The notes beneath the pieces were generated by a model. The model ran no database searches and was not told the DNA's origin. It saw nothing but the letters and a program-made list of their open reading frames with translations. Below are positions 41,235-52,017 of a DNA stretch of 64,000 nt, in pieces. The stretch comes from a virus. Each line of letters starts with the position of its first letter. Within the stretch, counting starts at the first letter, position 1. Both the position numbers and the translations under genes were made by a program. The stretch is from positions 1 to 64,000 of the IMG/VR virus record IMGVR_UViG_3300007735_001031, one strand, 5' to 3'.

Positions 41235-44200
41235 CTAGCCAATCATCTTCCAACTCTTAGAAATTCCTATACAAGAGAATCCACCAAAGTTTTCATCATA
41301 ATTGAGTTTAGCCACATACGGTCTATTTAAATAGATTACATCTTTATCTAAATCTACCGACCAACATTTAATTTCTGTTGTTTTACCAGAATCATCTACA
41401 ACTTGAACCACATAATAATTCTTATCATTCTTGGACTTCTTAACTTCAAAAGACATAGGAACAAACCAACAGATTTTTAAGTCCTCATCATACTTGGAAA
41501 TTGAATTAATATTTGTATCACTTAGCCGCTTATATAGTTGACTGGTCATAACCATATCAACAGGGAAGAAGCCAAGAAGGGTTGTATAATTTTCCATAAC
41601 CTCTTCTTTTGTAAAGTCTCCGGCTTCTTTATACTGATTAATGTATTCATCAAACTTTTTCTTTGTCTTTGGTCTTTCACCGCAAAAGGACATCCAGAAA
41701 TGCTTGCGACCAGTAAAGCGATTATCTATCAATTCGTCAAGAGCGCCAGAACGAGCAAGAGCATCAAAGCCCTTCTTATTTAATTTAGCGTAAGCAATCT
41801 TATCATGGAATAACATTTCGTCAATTGTTTTGAACGGACGATTGTTTATGATCTGCTCGATTGCTTTTTCGCCCAAGCCCTTAATAGAACTAAGTGGCTG
41901 ATAGAAAGTCTTTCCGTCATTTGATACACCCCATTCGTCGCCGGATACATTTACATTCGGCGGATCCACTTTATACCCCAATGCTTTAACGATTGATATG
42001 GCTTTAGTTTTTCCATCATCGTCTTGGGTTTCATCGTCCAAGTATGAAGCAATCCACTCGCTTGGGTGATAAGTAAGAAGCCATGCACACTGATAAGAGA
42101 GGATACTATAACAAACTGCGTGAGATTTGTTAAAGCCATAACCTGAGAAGAACTCAAATGTTTTCCATAGATTTTCTGCTTGGTCTCTTCCAATTTGTTT
42201 TTCAGCGCATCCCTCAATAAATTTCCTGTGAATTTCATCTTTAACCTCGTGTCCTTTGCCTGTGCCTTTCTTCGTCAAAACTTTCCGCAATAGGTTGCCT
42301 TCGTCCAAAGATAGATCCTTGCCTAGCTTGTGAGCGATCAAAGCAATCTGTTCTTGGAAAATTAGGAAGCCGAAGGTTTCTTTCGTAATCTCTTCCACGA
42401 CTGGGTGAATATATTTGATAGAATCTGGATCTTCTTTTGCCTTCACATAGTTATCATCCACATGAGCCGACAAAGGACCGGGACGATAGATAGAGGTAAT
42501 AGCAGAGAGATCAATTATGCTTCTTGGCTTTGCTTTCTTACAGAATTCTTGAGCGCCTTTTTCTGCAAACTGGAATACAGCGACCCATCTTCCGTCATGG
42601 AATACATGCTCATAAACCTTCTGGTCATCAAAGTTTATTTTTGATGGGTGTAAGTTTGCATCGTAGAAGGTTTTGATATCATCGAAGGTGGGATTAACTT
42701 GTCCCTGCTTACGCAGGACACGGCTGATCGCATTCTGTATGATACGAAGAGTTGCAAGCCCAAGAATGTCAAACTTAATAAACCCAAGAGGCTCCAGGTG
42801 TCTAACATTTTGTCCCTCGCTCCAAGGTGTTTGGATTACTCCGCCACTATTAATTAGTGGCATGAACTTCGAAATGTCCTCGGACACAATAACTCCGCCA
42901 GCATGACGGCTTGCGCTTCTTACTTGGCCTTGTAGAGCCTTGATGTGCTTGCCGACCTCTGGATACTTAGCTAGAAACTTTTGTAGGGTTTCTGAGAATT
43001 CTAAGCATTCTTCGAATGTTGGAACATACATACCAGCTGTAATACCATGCTTTTCTTTTGCTGGACTTGTTGCTTCCTTAACCATAACAGAAGTGGTTTC
43101 ATTTACTTCTGTAAACGGAATACCATAAAGCTTGCCTACATCTTTGATTAGAGAGCGGAGTTGTAGAGTATTCCAGTTTGAGATTGGAACAACACAATCC
43201 TCACCCCACTGTTCGATAAGCATTTGTTTAAGGGTCATAGGATCGCTTACATCATAATCGATATCAGGATAGTCCTTTGCGTTCTTCTGCAAGAAGCGAC
43301 TGAATAGAAGACCATACTTGATTGGATCAATCTGAGTAATGTTTAATAGATATGAGATTAGAGAACCGGCCGCAGAACCACGACCAGCTCCAACAAGCTG
43401 ATTCTCAACTGCCTTGTCTGCAATCGCTTTCATGGTTAGAAAATACTTTGCGAAACCACGATTTTTAATTACCAGCAGTTCTTCTTTGAGGCGCTCAATA
43501 TACTCTTTGTTCTTATCTAGCCCATGCTTCTTCATAGAAGAAGAGCAGAGTTCGATAAGAGCTTGAATATCCGTCTTACCTTCCGGCACAACGAAATCCG
43601 GTAGTCTTACCTTTGATTCTGGTAGGAAATCCTCGATCTGTTCGTGAGCAATACGATAAGTATTTTCAAACGATTCCAATACAAGATCGTCGTCATACTC
43701 GTTAAATGTTTGAGCTGAATACTTTTTGTATGACTCCCACATTTGATCGCCGTTCTTTGGGTAAAGCTCGGAGTTTAGATCCTCTCGCTTTGATGGGAGA
43801 GAATCCAAAGACATATTCTTTGATCCAAGCCAACCAAGCATCTTATAGATTTCTCTTTCCTTCCACAACTCGGGACGAGGATAATGAGAATCACAGGTCG
43901 ATACCAGCTTGATATTATTAGCCTTGGCGACTTTGATTACAGCCTTGTTGATTTCATGCTGATCTTCATAGGCGTTCCATTGTAGTTCGCAATAGAATCT
44001 ATCTCCAAGAATGTTCTTGAAGTTTTGAACCACCTTCGTCATTTCTTCTTGGACTTTGTCTTCGCCTTGCTCTTTAAACATCCAATAGCATTTAGATAAA
44101 GGACCACCCATACAAGCAGTTAAGGCAATAACGCCTTCGCTGTGTTGTTTTAGTAGTTCGTAATCAATCCGAGGAAAACGATAAAAGTTTCCTGGTCGAT

Positions 44201-44642
44201 ATGACTTGGAAACCAATTGAAAAATGTTTGAGAGGCCTGTTTGATTCTGAGCCAGAAGAACGAGGTGAGCGCGGAAATTAAGAAAGCTCTTCTCATCTTT
44301 CTTTGATTCCTCTTCGTCTTCAACAACGACTCCTGCTTCTTCATCATCGCTCTTTTTATTCTTCTTGTCTTCTTTATGCTTCGCATAAGCTTCTGCCCAT
44401 TCCGTCAAAGACGGATTAAAATAAGCCTCAACGCCAAAGATAGGCTTGAAGTTCTTACCTTCCGCCCGCAGTTTCTTTGTGTGAAGAACTTGATAAGACA
44501 AGCCATTCATGTTGCCGTGATCGGTCAAAGCAAGAGCGTCTGCTCCGTTGCTAATAGCAAAGTCAATATGCTCGTTTGGATAGCCGAGTCCGTCAAACAC
44601 GCTGAAACAGCTATGTCCGTGTAGATTTACAAACTTAATCAT
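41235..44642 (-). CDS. dnaE: DNA polymerase III alpha subunit
   Basis: PHP LHGHS..DG/TDHG, GRGSAAGS, PDIDYD, KFDILGL, GYGFNKSHA. Confidence 0.97.
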   Translation of the reverse strand: MIKFVNLHGHSCFSVFDGLGYPNEHIDFAISNGADALALTDHGNMNGLSYQVLHTKKLRAEGKNFKPIFGVEAYFNPSLTEWAEAYAKHKEDKKNKKSDDEEAGVVVEDEEESKKDEKSFLNFRAHLVLLAQNQTGLSNIFQLVSKSYRPGNFYRFPRIDYELLKQHSEGVIALTACMGGPLSKCYWMFKEQGEDKVQEEMTKVVQNFKNILGDRFYCELQWNAYEDQHEINKAVIKVAKANNIKLVSTCDSHYPRPELWKEREIYKMLGWLGSKNMSLDSLPSKREDLNSELYPKNGDQMWESYKKYSAQTFNEYDDDLVLESFENTYRIAHEQIEDFLPESKVRLPDFVVPEGKTDIQALIELCSSSMKKHGLDKNKEYIERLKEELLVIKNRGFAKYFLTMKAIADKAVENQLVGAGRGSAAGSLISYLLNITQIDPIKYGLLFSRFLQKNAKDYPDIDYDVSDPMTLKQMLIEQWGEDCVVPISNWNTLQLRSLIKDVGKLYGIPFTEVNETTSVMVKEATSPAKEKHGITAGMYVPTFEECLEFSETLQKFLAKYPEVGKHIKALQGQVRSASRHAGGVIVSEDISKFMPLINSGGVIQTPWSEGQNVRHLEPLGFIKFDILGLATLRIIQNAISRVLRKQGQVNPTFDDIKTFYDANLHPSKINFDDQKVYEHVFHDGRWVAVFQFAEKGAQEFCKKAKPRSIIDLSAITSIYRPGPLSAHVDDNYVKAKEDPDSIKYIHPVVEEITKETFGFLIFQEQIALIAHKLGKDLSLDEGNLLRKVLTKKGTGKGHEVKDEIHRKFIEGCAEKQIGRDQAENLWKTFEFFSGYGFNKSHAVCYSILSYQCAWLLTYHPSEWIASYLDDETQDDDGKTKAISIVKALGYKVDPPNVNVSGDEWGVSNDGKTFYQPLSSIKGLGEKAIEQIINNRPFKTIDEMLFHDKIAYAKLNKKGFDALARSGALDELIDNRFTGRKHFWMSFCGERPKTKKKFDEYINQYKEAGDFTKEEVMENYTTLLGFFPVDMVMTSQLYKRLSDTNINSISKYDEDLKICWFVPMSFEVKKSKNDKNYYVVQVVDDSGKTTEIKCWSVDLDKDVIYLNRPYVAKLNYDENFGGFSCIGISKSWKMIG

Positions 44643-44954
44643 TTATTCCTCATAGACGCTGTATTTTTCAACGTCTTTTTTTGCTGTTTCTTCTTCTAGC
44701 TCTTCTTCTGTGTCTTTCAGATCTTCGTTAAAGTCGTCAATTTGATACTGAAAGTATGTTTCACAGATATTAATTAATTCATCTACATACGCTCTTTGAT
44801 CTGTCGTAAGCAGGTAATAACTTGAGGCAAGGCCGGCGTTTGTTGTATCTACGATATGTAGAGAATTAAAAACTTTAGCCGGGTCAAGTTTCTTTAGGGT
44901 CATCTTTGGTAGCTTCATCGTAATCATCTCCACAATCAATTGTTCTTGTTTCAA
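44643..44954 (-). CDS. hypothetical protein
   Basis: ORF track; start uncertain. Confidence 0.65.
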   Translation of the reverse strand: MKQEQLIVEMITMKLPKMTLKKLDPAKVFNSLHIVDTTNAGLASSYYLLTTDQRAYVDELINICETYFQYQIDDFNEDLKDTEEELEEETAKKDVEKYSVYEE

Positions 44955-45825
44955 GATTCTTCATCTTGTTGAACTTAAAATACTTAACCTTCTTGGGCAT
45001 TCTATACCATTTAGAGGTAGAAATATATTTAGCATATCCTTCCCAAGTAGATATATTATTACTTTTATCACACTCTACGAGTGTAGCGTCGTCTAGTGTA
45101 GCAGACCTGAATACTTCGTCAAGGGTCAGCCTTGTCGCCGTGTTCCTCTCCTCTTTCGGCTTTCTATGAAGGCCTTTCATTCCATCAAAAGAAATCCATG
45201 CGCCCTTATCTCTTGCCTTAAAGTCTTTCTTAAATCTTTCAAAATCCTCTTTAAAGAAAGTGAAGCCTACATCTACGCCGTCTTTTATAGTTTTGCCGTC
45301 TATTGTAAAGTAGAGGTTCTTGTTGGCGTCTTTTACTTTCTTCCGCAGATTTTGTAGCATCCACGCTGAATAAACCCTGTGTGGAAACGACACGAAGAAT
45401 TTATCCGGCACTGCCTTATTGGATAATCTTTGCGCGAGTTTTATGGCGTATTCCGCCCCGGCAAGAATGGTTCTACCATAGCAGTCCCGCCTTCCAATAT
45501 CTCGAGCTGGAAGTGAGGCATACCAGATTGGAACTTTCATCTTAAAATTATCTTTAAACTCTACTGGTAGTTGAGCCAAGATTGGATCCTCAACATAAGA
45601 GCCGACAACTGCTTTTAATAAAGGTATGTGTCTCTTTTCTGTTATTACCCAAATAGAAGAACAGCCAGCCATAGCACATTCCAAGACGCTTCTATGAAGG
45701 GCTGTATAGTGTCTATAAAGAGGAGTTAAGGCATTCGGCCAAGGGAATCCATCATTTTTTGGACCACTCTGGATCGGGACGATCCCAACCAGGTTTGAAA
45801 CGTATGTGGCTTTCTTTCCTTCCAT
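44884..45825 (-). CDS. divergent nucleotidyltransferase-like protein
   Basis: GIVP...LTP...ECAMAGCSSIWVI pattern of sugar-phosphate NTases. Confidence 0.55.
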   Translation of the reverse strand: MEGKKATYVSNLVGIVPIQSGPKNDGFPWPNALTPLYRHYTALHRSVLECAMAGCSSIWVITEKRHIPLLKAVVGSYVEDPILAQLPVEFKDNFKMKVPIWYASLPARDIGRRDCYGRTILAGAEYAIKLAQRLSNKAVPDKFFVSFPHRVYSAWMLQNLRKKVKDANKNLYFTIDGKTIKDGVDVGFTFFKEDFERFKKDFKARDKGAWISFDGMKGLHRKPKEERNTATRLTLDEVFRSATLDDATLVECDKSNNISTWEGYAKYISTSKWYRMPKKVKYFKFNKMKNLETRTIDCGDDYDEATKDDPKET

Positions 45826-46598
45826 ATTTCCTCTTCGTTCCTTTTATCTATTATCAGCCAATCTTTTTGTTCGTATTCTAGATTATCTTTTTCTTCCGTG
45901 TGTCTTTTTAGCCACTCTAATTTACCAGTTATATCGTGTTGTCCCAAAACAGACTCTACTTGCTTTGTTATAAAAAATGAAGAGTATTCAGGCTGGTTCA
46001 TTTGATCTGGTGTTAATAATGAATGAGCCATAAGTTTCTTTTTATCGTTTGATACATACACATTACGGGGGAAGTCCCCACTAGTAGGTATCATATGATA
46101 AAAGTGTTTTGATCTTAAATCAAAAGAGAATTCGTCCAAGACATAGTGTTTTTCGCTTGTGCTGCCGACTGAGTTGAGGAATTCTAATCCTCTCGTATCA
46201 AAGATTCGTAGTTTATTAAAGTTATATCTTATAAGTCGTTGATTTTTTGTGGTTATTTTTAATAACTTGTCTTCTTCGTCCAGCCGAATATCAGCAACTT
46301 TATCATCAAGCGGAATCATTCCAGTTAAAGATTGTATAAGATACAAATGACTTAATACACTCTCTTTCAGATAAGGCATAATTAATTGCCCTTCTGGTGT
46401 ATTAAGCTTCTTGTCGTCTTTAAGAATAGCCGTCTTAGTTAGATTAACTGAATTATCGATATACTCAAAGAATCTATACTTTGTTTGATATTTATAGATT
46501 ACTGGAACATTATGAATATAAGAATATAGAAGGGCTGGGATAGTTAAACCTATCACAACCTCTTCTACTTCGTAGGTATGATTCTTTAAGTTCCCCAT
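45726..46598 (-). CDS. hypothetical protein
   Basis: ORF track. Confidence 0.75.
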   Translation of the reverse strand: MGNLKNHTYEVEEVVIGLTIPALLYSYIHNVPVIYKYQTKYRFFEYIDNSVNLTKTAILKDDKKLNTPEGQLIMPYLKESVLSHLYLIQSLTGMIPLDDKVADIRLDEEDKLLKITTKNQRLIRYNFNKLRIFDTRGLEFLNSVGSTSEKHYVLDEFSFDLRSKHFYHMIPTSGDFPRNVYVSNDKKKLMAHSLLTPDQMNQPEYSSFFITKQVESVLGQHDITGKLEWLKRHTEEKDNLEYEQKDWLIIDKRNEEEIWKERKPHTFQTWLGSSRSRVVQKMMDSLGRMP

Positions 46599-46610
46599 AT
46601 AATAAATATC

Positions 46611-47276
46611 TCATAGCTGATTAATCATAGGGAAGATTTCTGTAATAACTTTGGCGATTTCTGCGGCAACAAGCATATGTTCTTTTTGCGTTCCCGATCC
46701 TTCACCGCGAACTTCTAAGTAATGAACCCAAGAACGAAGAGATCCTTTCATGTAGAGGCGGGACTTTGTTAGACCTTCTGGTAGAACTTTGCGGGCAACT
46801 TCTTTGGCGATGCCGAGATCTATGGCTTGGCGATAAACCATATTACAATATTCAATTACATTCTTCTGATAATCATTCCACCACTCTTGGGTCTTTTGAT
46901 CTTCTGTTGGAATGCTATTCTGCCGATTCTTTAGATCTTGTGTTCTGGCCTCGGATAATTCAAACATATCACCAAGAGCAGAAACGTCAGAGTATCTCTG
47001 GCTAAACTCTTGGAAACTAAATGATCTATGTCTAAGCATTTGACGAGCAATATCTCTCGTCGTCTCGATCTCCAAAGTCATATCCACCATTTCCAACGGA
47101 GACCAGTGTTTATGCTGAATAAGATACTTAATCAGTTTCTCGGAGGTTGCCGAATTCATTTGATTTGTTGGATTGGATACACGAGCGCAATACGCCACCA
47201 GGTCGGTAGGAGTGGATAAACCTTGTTCTTGTAGATTATCGGCTGCTTTTGTATAGGAAACTAAACTAACTTTCAT
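46611..47276 (-). CDS. thyX: FAD-dependent thymidylate synthase
   Basis: HWSPLE, RHRSFSFQEFSQRY, ARKVLP. Confidence 0.96.
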   Translation of the reverse strand: MKVSLVSYTKAADNLQEQGLSTPTDLVAYCARVSNPTNQMNSATSEKLIKYLIQHKHWSPLEMVDMTLEIETTRDIARQMLRHRSFSFQEFSQRYSDVSALGDMFELSEARTQDLKNRQNSIPTEDQKTQEWWNDYQKNVIEYCNMVYRQAIDLGIAKEVARKVLPEGLTKSRLYMKGSLRSWVHYLEVRGEGSGTQKEHMLVAAEIAKVITEIFPMINQL

Positions 47277-47328
47277 AAGACCTCATAGAGTTATAGTGTC
47301 TCTATGATAAGCTATGTTTAGTTTTAGG

Positions 47329-47736
47329 TCAAGACCACTTTCTTTTAAATGCTTTTTTAGACATAAATGAACCGCCTGCTCCGCCAGCGTATCCCTCTAC
47401 TGACGAAGCTCCTGGTCCGCCAGACATAGCAGACATTTCTTCTAATTGCTCTTCTTCTACAGAATCTACGGCTTTATTTGTTTCAGATCCAGAAGGCTCA
47501 TTGATTACTGCTTCATTTTCGAATTCTTCCCATTCGTTCTTAACGACAAATGAAGGATCGGTCATTAATTCTTTTGCTTTCTTGGGTGGTGGTCCAACTT
47601 TCTTTTTGTTTTTCTTTTTATTATTCTTCTTATTTATTTCGTCTTTCTCTTCGTCTGGATTAATAATCATATCTTCCTTGAACGTATTTTCGAGGAGAAA
47701 AGATTTCCATTTATCATTTATATCTTTATAGTTCAT
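47329..47736 (-). CDS. putative virion-associated protein
   Basis: INDKWKSFLLE leader; QLEEMSAM..G.VEGY motif. Confidence 0.7.
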   Translation of the reverse strand: MNYKDINDKWKSFLLENTFKEDMIINPDEEKDEINKKNNKKKNKKKVGPPPKKAKELMTDPSFVVKNEWEEFENEAVINEPSGSETNKAVDSVEEEQLEEMSAMSGGPGASSVEGYAGGAGGSFMSKKAFKRKWS

Positions 47737-47891
47737 TATCTTCCTTGACCACGATATTTCTTCTTATAAAGCTTGGAGTGCTTATGTGTAGCAAACTTGG
47801 TATTGCAGCTATTACCTTGTCTTGTTCTCTTTGGCTTTGAGTATCCCTTTTTAGCGTTTTTTGATATTGCTGCTTCTGATTTCTTTGCCAT
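47736..47891 (-). CDS. 51-aa very basic protein
   Basis: manual translation MAKKSEAAISKNAKKGYSKPKRTRQGNS...KKKYRGQGR; AGGAG SD. Confidence 0.7.
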   Translation of the reverse strand: MAKKSEAAISKNAKKGYSKPKRTRQGNSCNTKFATHKHSKLYKKKYRGQGR

Positions 47892-47939
47892 TTAATTAAT
47901 CTCCTTTGATATTAATTATATAGCAGAAAACAAATAATC

Positions 47940-48485
47940 CTATAGAGGAAGATTTACTATACGAGTATCTACATCAATCTTCTTTATGATATCAAAACCT
48001 TCTTCTTCTGTAGGTTTTTCGTATTTATCAATCATTATTTTTAGGAAATGTCTTGGGAGAGTTTTTCTTCTACCGACTTTCATATGTTCTATGTCTCTTA
48101 GTTCATTTGATCTAACAAGTTTCTCAAAATTATTTGAATCAATCATAAAATCTAAGGCTACAAACTGGAACTTATCCTTGGAGAAGCGTGTTAATATATA
48201 AGATCTCTCCGCTCTATTAATATTCGTCATATCAATCGCAACATCTTTATCTTCGATCGAGGCTTGAGTCAATAAATCCTCTACTTCTTGCTTAATAGAT
48301 ACATTTATTTCAGCAATTTTTGGATCGTCGTTGAATAAATCATTATATTTAAGACCATTTAGATCTGCGTGTTTCTCTCTTATATCATCTCGAGAGATAA
48401 TGGTTGTGTTTGGGAGGTTCTTTCTAACATAATATGACTTTCCCACTCCTGGTGGGCCAATCATAACAAACAGATTATTCTTCAT
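47940..48485 (-). CDS. P-loop kinase (polynucleotide-kinase-like, AAA_33)
   Basis: GPPGVGKS, ISRDDIR, DMTN, P..EEGFD. Confidence 0.85.
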   Translation of the reverse strand: MKNNLFVMIGPPGVGKSYYVRKNLPNTTIISRDDIREKHADLNGLKYNDLFNDDPKIAEINVSIKQEVEDLLTQASIEDKDVAIDMTNINRAERSYILTRFSKDKFQFVALDFMIDSNNFEKLVRSNELRDIEHMKVGRRKTLPRHFLKIMIDKYEKPTEEEGFDIIKKIDVDTRIVNLPL

Positions 48486-48530
48486 AATGCCTCTTGCTAA
48501 TGAGTTGGCCGTATCATAAACGGGAGTTAA

Positions 48531-50108
48531 TTAAAAGTCAAATTTAAATGATGTGTAATCTGGTTCTGGTTGTTTCTCTGCCTGTGGTTTTATCTCTGGC
48601 TTTGATTCTGGTTCACTGGTTAATCCCAATTTCTCTTTTTCAGCTTGCCAAGCTTTTTGAGACCGATATTTTTTTCCATCTATGTAGTATTCTTTAGAAT
48701 ATGGACTAAACACGGCTGGTCCATCTAATCTATGTTTTTTACCATCTTTATACCACATCTCAGATCCATCAATAGCTTTAACTGCTGGGCCTCCAATTCT
48801 ATGTTGTTTACCATGCTTATACCAGCTTTCGGATCCGTTCTTCCAAATAATTGCTGGCCCATTTTCTCTGTGTCTTTCTCCGTCTTTAAACCATTCTTTA
48901 ATGGCACCGTTATTCTGGATCGATGCTGGTCCGTCATCTCTATCTAATTTACCATTACGATACCAATATTGGGAATCGCGGGTAATTCTTGCTGGACCAT
49001 CTTCTCTATGAAGCACTCCATTTTGCCACCATTCTTCTTTATTCAAATAAGAATATTTGGGATCTTTATAAACAAGAGCAGGGCCACCTACTCTATGTCT
49101 TTCTCCGTCTTTATACCACTCTTGCTGAGTTTCTCCGAAATCAATTGCTGGTCCATCCAATCTATGTAGTTTACCATTCTTATACCACTCCTGCTTAATC
49201 ATAAGACCATCTGTCGGAGTTTTAATTATAACTGCTGGTCCGTCGTCTCTATGTTTTTCGCCGGATGAATTATAATAAGTTATATGAGGGCCAGAATATC
49301 CTTTTACTTGCGTAACCATTCCACCATTTGGTAGTTTTTCAGATTTATATTCTTTAGCCTTATTAATAACTTGTTTTGGTAGCTCTTTTATTTGTTTAAC
49401 AATATCGTTTAATATAAAGAATATACCTTGTCCATATACGGTTTTATCTTCTTTATCCATATATTGATTAGAACCATAACTAAACTGATATTTTTCACTT
49501 GGGTCCTGTTTAGAAATAAAAATAATTAATGGACTATCTCGCTTATGATACTGCGTATAATAGTTTCTACTGCCTCTTGAAGCAGTACACCATCTAGTTC
49601 CAGTTCCAAGTTGGCAAGAGGCCGCCTTTGATTCTGGAATATAAACATTCCATTCATTATCTTCATAGATTTTTCTTACGTCTTCTTCTTTAACTACGGC
49701 CGCTTTCTTTTTGCCTTGATAAACTCTCCATTTACGAGAAGATTTTTTCATCATCTCTGTAAATTCTTCTACGCTTTCAAAAGCATTAATATCATTTTTG
49801 GTTAGCATTCTATCAAGATTATTTGCCTTAATCATATAGAATTCTTCAACAAATTTTTGCTTAGGTCCTTCAACAACTCCATTCATCATGAATTGTTTTA
49901 TTCTCCAGTTAAGATAATTTGCTTTCTCAGAATCTTCTATATCTTCTGGAACAGTTGATAGTATTGCTTCTTTTGTTTGTTGAGCATCTACTTTATGATA
50001 ATTGCAGGAATTAAGGAATTTTTGTGAATCTAATCTTGGTAGAACCTCTTCATATTTTAGTTCTACTAATAAATACCTTCTCCAAGATTCCATTAAAAGA
50101 TGCATCAT
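48531..50108 (-). CDS. protein with WCTA-motif domain and 8 HREDGPA (MORN-like) repeats
   Basis: LMESWRRYLLVE leader; GTRWCTAS; HRxxGPA-type repeat x8. Confidence 0.85.
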   Translation of the reverse strand: MMHLLMESWRRYLLVELKYEEVLPRLDSQKFLNSCNYHKVDAQQTKEAILSTVPEDIEDSEKANYLNWRIKQFMMNGVVEGPKQKFVEEFYMIKANNLDRMLTKNDINAFESVEEFTEMMKKSSRKWRVYQGKKKAAVVKEEDVRKIYEDNEWNVYIPESKAASCQLGTGTRWCTASRGSRNYYTQYHKRDSPLIIFISKQDPSEKYQFSYGSNQYMDKEDKTVYGQGIFFILNDIVKQIKELPKQVINKAKEYKSEKLPNGGMVTQVKGYSGPHITYYNSSGEKHRDDGPAVIIKTPTDGLMIKQEWYKNGKLHRLDGPAIDFGETQQEWYKDGERHRVGGPALVYKDPKYSYLNKEEWWQNGVLHREDGPARITRDSQYWYRNGKLDRDDGPASIQNNGAIKEWFKDGERHRENGPAIIWKNGSESWYKHGKQHRIGGPAVKAIDGSEMWYKDGKKHRLDGPAVFSPYSKEYYIDGKKYRSQKAWQAEKEKLGLTSEPESKPEIKPQAEKQPEPDYTSFKFDF

Positions 50109-50122
50109 ATTTTATTCCCTAA

Positions 50123-50764
50123 TTAATCATCGATCTCTAAACTTGGTCCAGAACTTCTCGGGGCAGACGATCTTGCTGGTGTTGGAATTTTTGGTAAAGA
50201 ACGACCAACTGGGGCTTCGGATGATTCACCAGCCATCATTTTTAATACCATAGCTTTTAGATCATCAAAATCTTGTTTTAGTTTTTCGTGTTCTCTTCTT
50301 AGTTTAGCCAATTCTTCTTGTTGATCGAGGGCGGAAGAAGAACCAGAAGTTCCGGCATCTTCATACTTATCTTCTGGTCCTTTCTTGGCTCCAGCCATCT
50401 TATAAATCTTATTGATTACAGGCTGCATAACTCTTTCCATTTGCTCGGCATTTTGGAGAAGAATATACGCTCCTTGCTTTGCTCCATCGGCCCCTTTTCT
50501 ATAAGAGGCTGGTTGCATATCTGATTTGGTATATGCTGCTGAAACAGGAGTAAAGTTGTGGAACTTTCCTTCTTGATCTTTAATTGTAATATAAGAAGAG
50601 TGTCCTTCGGATCCTTGTCCTACTTCACAATTAGATCCAAATAATTGCGTTAAGGCAGCAGATAATTTGCTAACTTGTTTATCTGTTGGTGCCTCATTTA
50701 AAAGAGTTTCTTTTAAGAAATATCGCGGATCAAATGGTTTTTTGTTTTGTCTATTAAATAACAT
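50123..50764 (-). CDS. putative virion-associated protein
   Basis: DPRYFLKETLLNE leader. Confidence 0.7.
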   Translation of the reverse strand: MLFNRQNKKPFDPRYFLKETLLNEAPTDKQVSKLSAALTQLFGSNCEVGQGSEGHSSYITIKDQEGKFHNFTPVSAAYTKSDMQPASYRKGADGAKQGAYILLQNAEQMERVMQPVINKIYKMAGAKKGPEDKYEDAGTSGSSSALDQQEELAKLRREHEKLKQDFDDLKAMVLKMMAGESSEAPVGRSLPKIPTPARSSAPRSSGPSLEIDD

Positions 50765-51687
50765 TATTCCTCTCCCTCCACTTTCTTACCTGCTCTCCAT
50801 TGATAACAAGACCAGTAGCGAGCTGTGCAACGATCTTTGCCTGCTGGCTTATCGCACTTATGTCTTGCTCTGAAATTCTTTCTACGGGCTGGCGAATCTC
50901 TCTTAATTGATAATCCTGGATCACCGAAAGAAATCTTCTTTACTCTTCCGCCGCATTTAACATAAACGTGAAATTTCTTATTTGAGCCTGCGGGATTACG
51001 TGTTACTTTGCCGAGCCTTGGTTTCTTTTTTTTTACTTCGGCTTCTGAGAGATATTCAACGCCTTCCTCCATCTCCCATCCTTCTCCTGGCGCTGGATCG
51101 TCTTCATCTGCCTCTTCTCCACGTTTTCTAAAATGTTCGTCCGCATCATAATCACAATCTGGGCATTTACCGGTAACTGGATCAAATTCATAAGATCCAC
51201 ATTCTGGGCAACCATCATCGTCGCCACCAAAATCATCATCGTCGTCGTCAAAATCATCGTCGTCGTCAAAATCGTCGTTGTCGTCAAGATCTTGTTCTGC
51301 TTGGTCTGGCTCTCTTTCTTCGCCATATTCATCCAACATGGCGTCGGCTTGTTCTTCTGTTATTTCTCTGACTTCCAAATTCTCAAACAAGATTTTTTCA
51401 AGCTTCTCAATTGCTTCATCAATCTTGCTCTTCTTGGCTTTTTTCTTTTTAGCAATATGCATTCTTAATTGTGGGGGAATTTTACCTTTGCCTTTTTTAG
51501 CTTTTGGAGTATCCTTCTTTCCACCAGCTTCTTTTGAAGCTTTGCTCATAGGTTCTTCTTTATCGCCGTCTTTATCAAGATCTAAGAAATCTGGCTTTGA
51601 TCCTTTGGACTTGCTGGCCTTTACTTCTTTTTCCTTCTTCTCTTGTAGAAGGCGATACATCATTCTATCCCACAAATTATGTCTCAT
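50764..51687 (-). CDS. modular putative head protein (EF-hand-like loop, acidic run, Zn ribbon, basic C-terminal domain)
   Basis: PDFLDLDKDGDKEE; CPECG..CPDC; SFGD...RRKNFRARHKC...ARYWSC. Confidence 0.75.
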   Translation of the reverse strand: MRHNLWDRMMYRLLQEKKEKEVKASKSKGSKPDFLDLDKDGDKEEPMSKASKEAGGKKDTPKAKKGKGKIPPQLRMHIAKKKKAKKSKIDEAIEKLEKILFENLEVREITEEQADAMLDEYGEEREPDQAEQDLDDNDDFDDDDDFDDDDDDFGGDDDGCPECGSYEFDPVTGKCPDCDYDADEHFRKRGEEADEDDPAPGEGWEMEEGVEYLSEAEVKKKKPRLGKVTRNPAGSNKKFHVYVKCGGRVKKISFGDPGLSIKRDSPARRKNFRARHKCDKPAGKDRCTARYWSCYQWRAGKKVEGEE

Positions 51688-51720
51688 TACAATTCTCCTA
51701 TTGGTATATTAAATAGTCTG

Positions 51721-52017
51721 TTAATCTTTAGTTTTCTTTTGACCGGCCCAAGTATTACACCATTTCTTGCCCATACACATAAAGTCATGCATCTCGCAGA
51801 AACCAAGACCTTCTCCGTCATCTACACACTTTTCTACAATTTTTGTATTCCATGCTTTACAATTTTCGCAGAGTTCGCCTTTAACTTGTGATTTACCGTA
51901 TTCATATTCTTCTATGGCGTGCTGTTTATTTTTAGCATTAACTTTTGGATTCTTTGTTGCCTCGGGGCATTTTGAAATTGAAAGTTTGCTTTCATGAAGT
52001 TTAATTATAAGTTTCAT
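51721..52017 (-). CDS. small Cys-rich protein
   Basis: CENC...GFC...FMC...WCNTW. Confidence 0.7.
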   Translation of the reverse strand: MKLIIKLHESKLSISKCPEATKNPKVNAKNKQHAIEEYEYGKSQVKGELCENCKAWNTKIVEKCVDDGEGLGFCEMHDFMCMGKKWCNTWAGQKKTKD

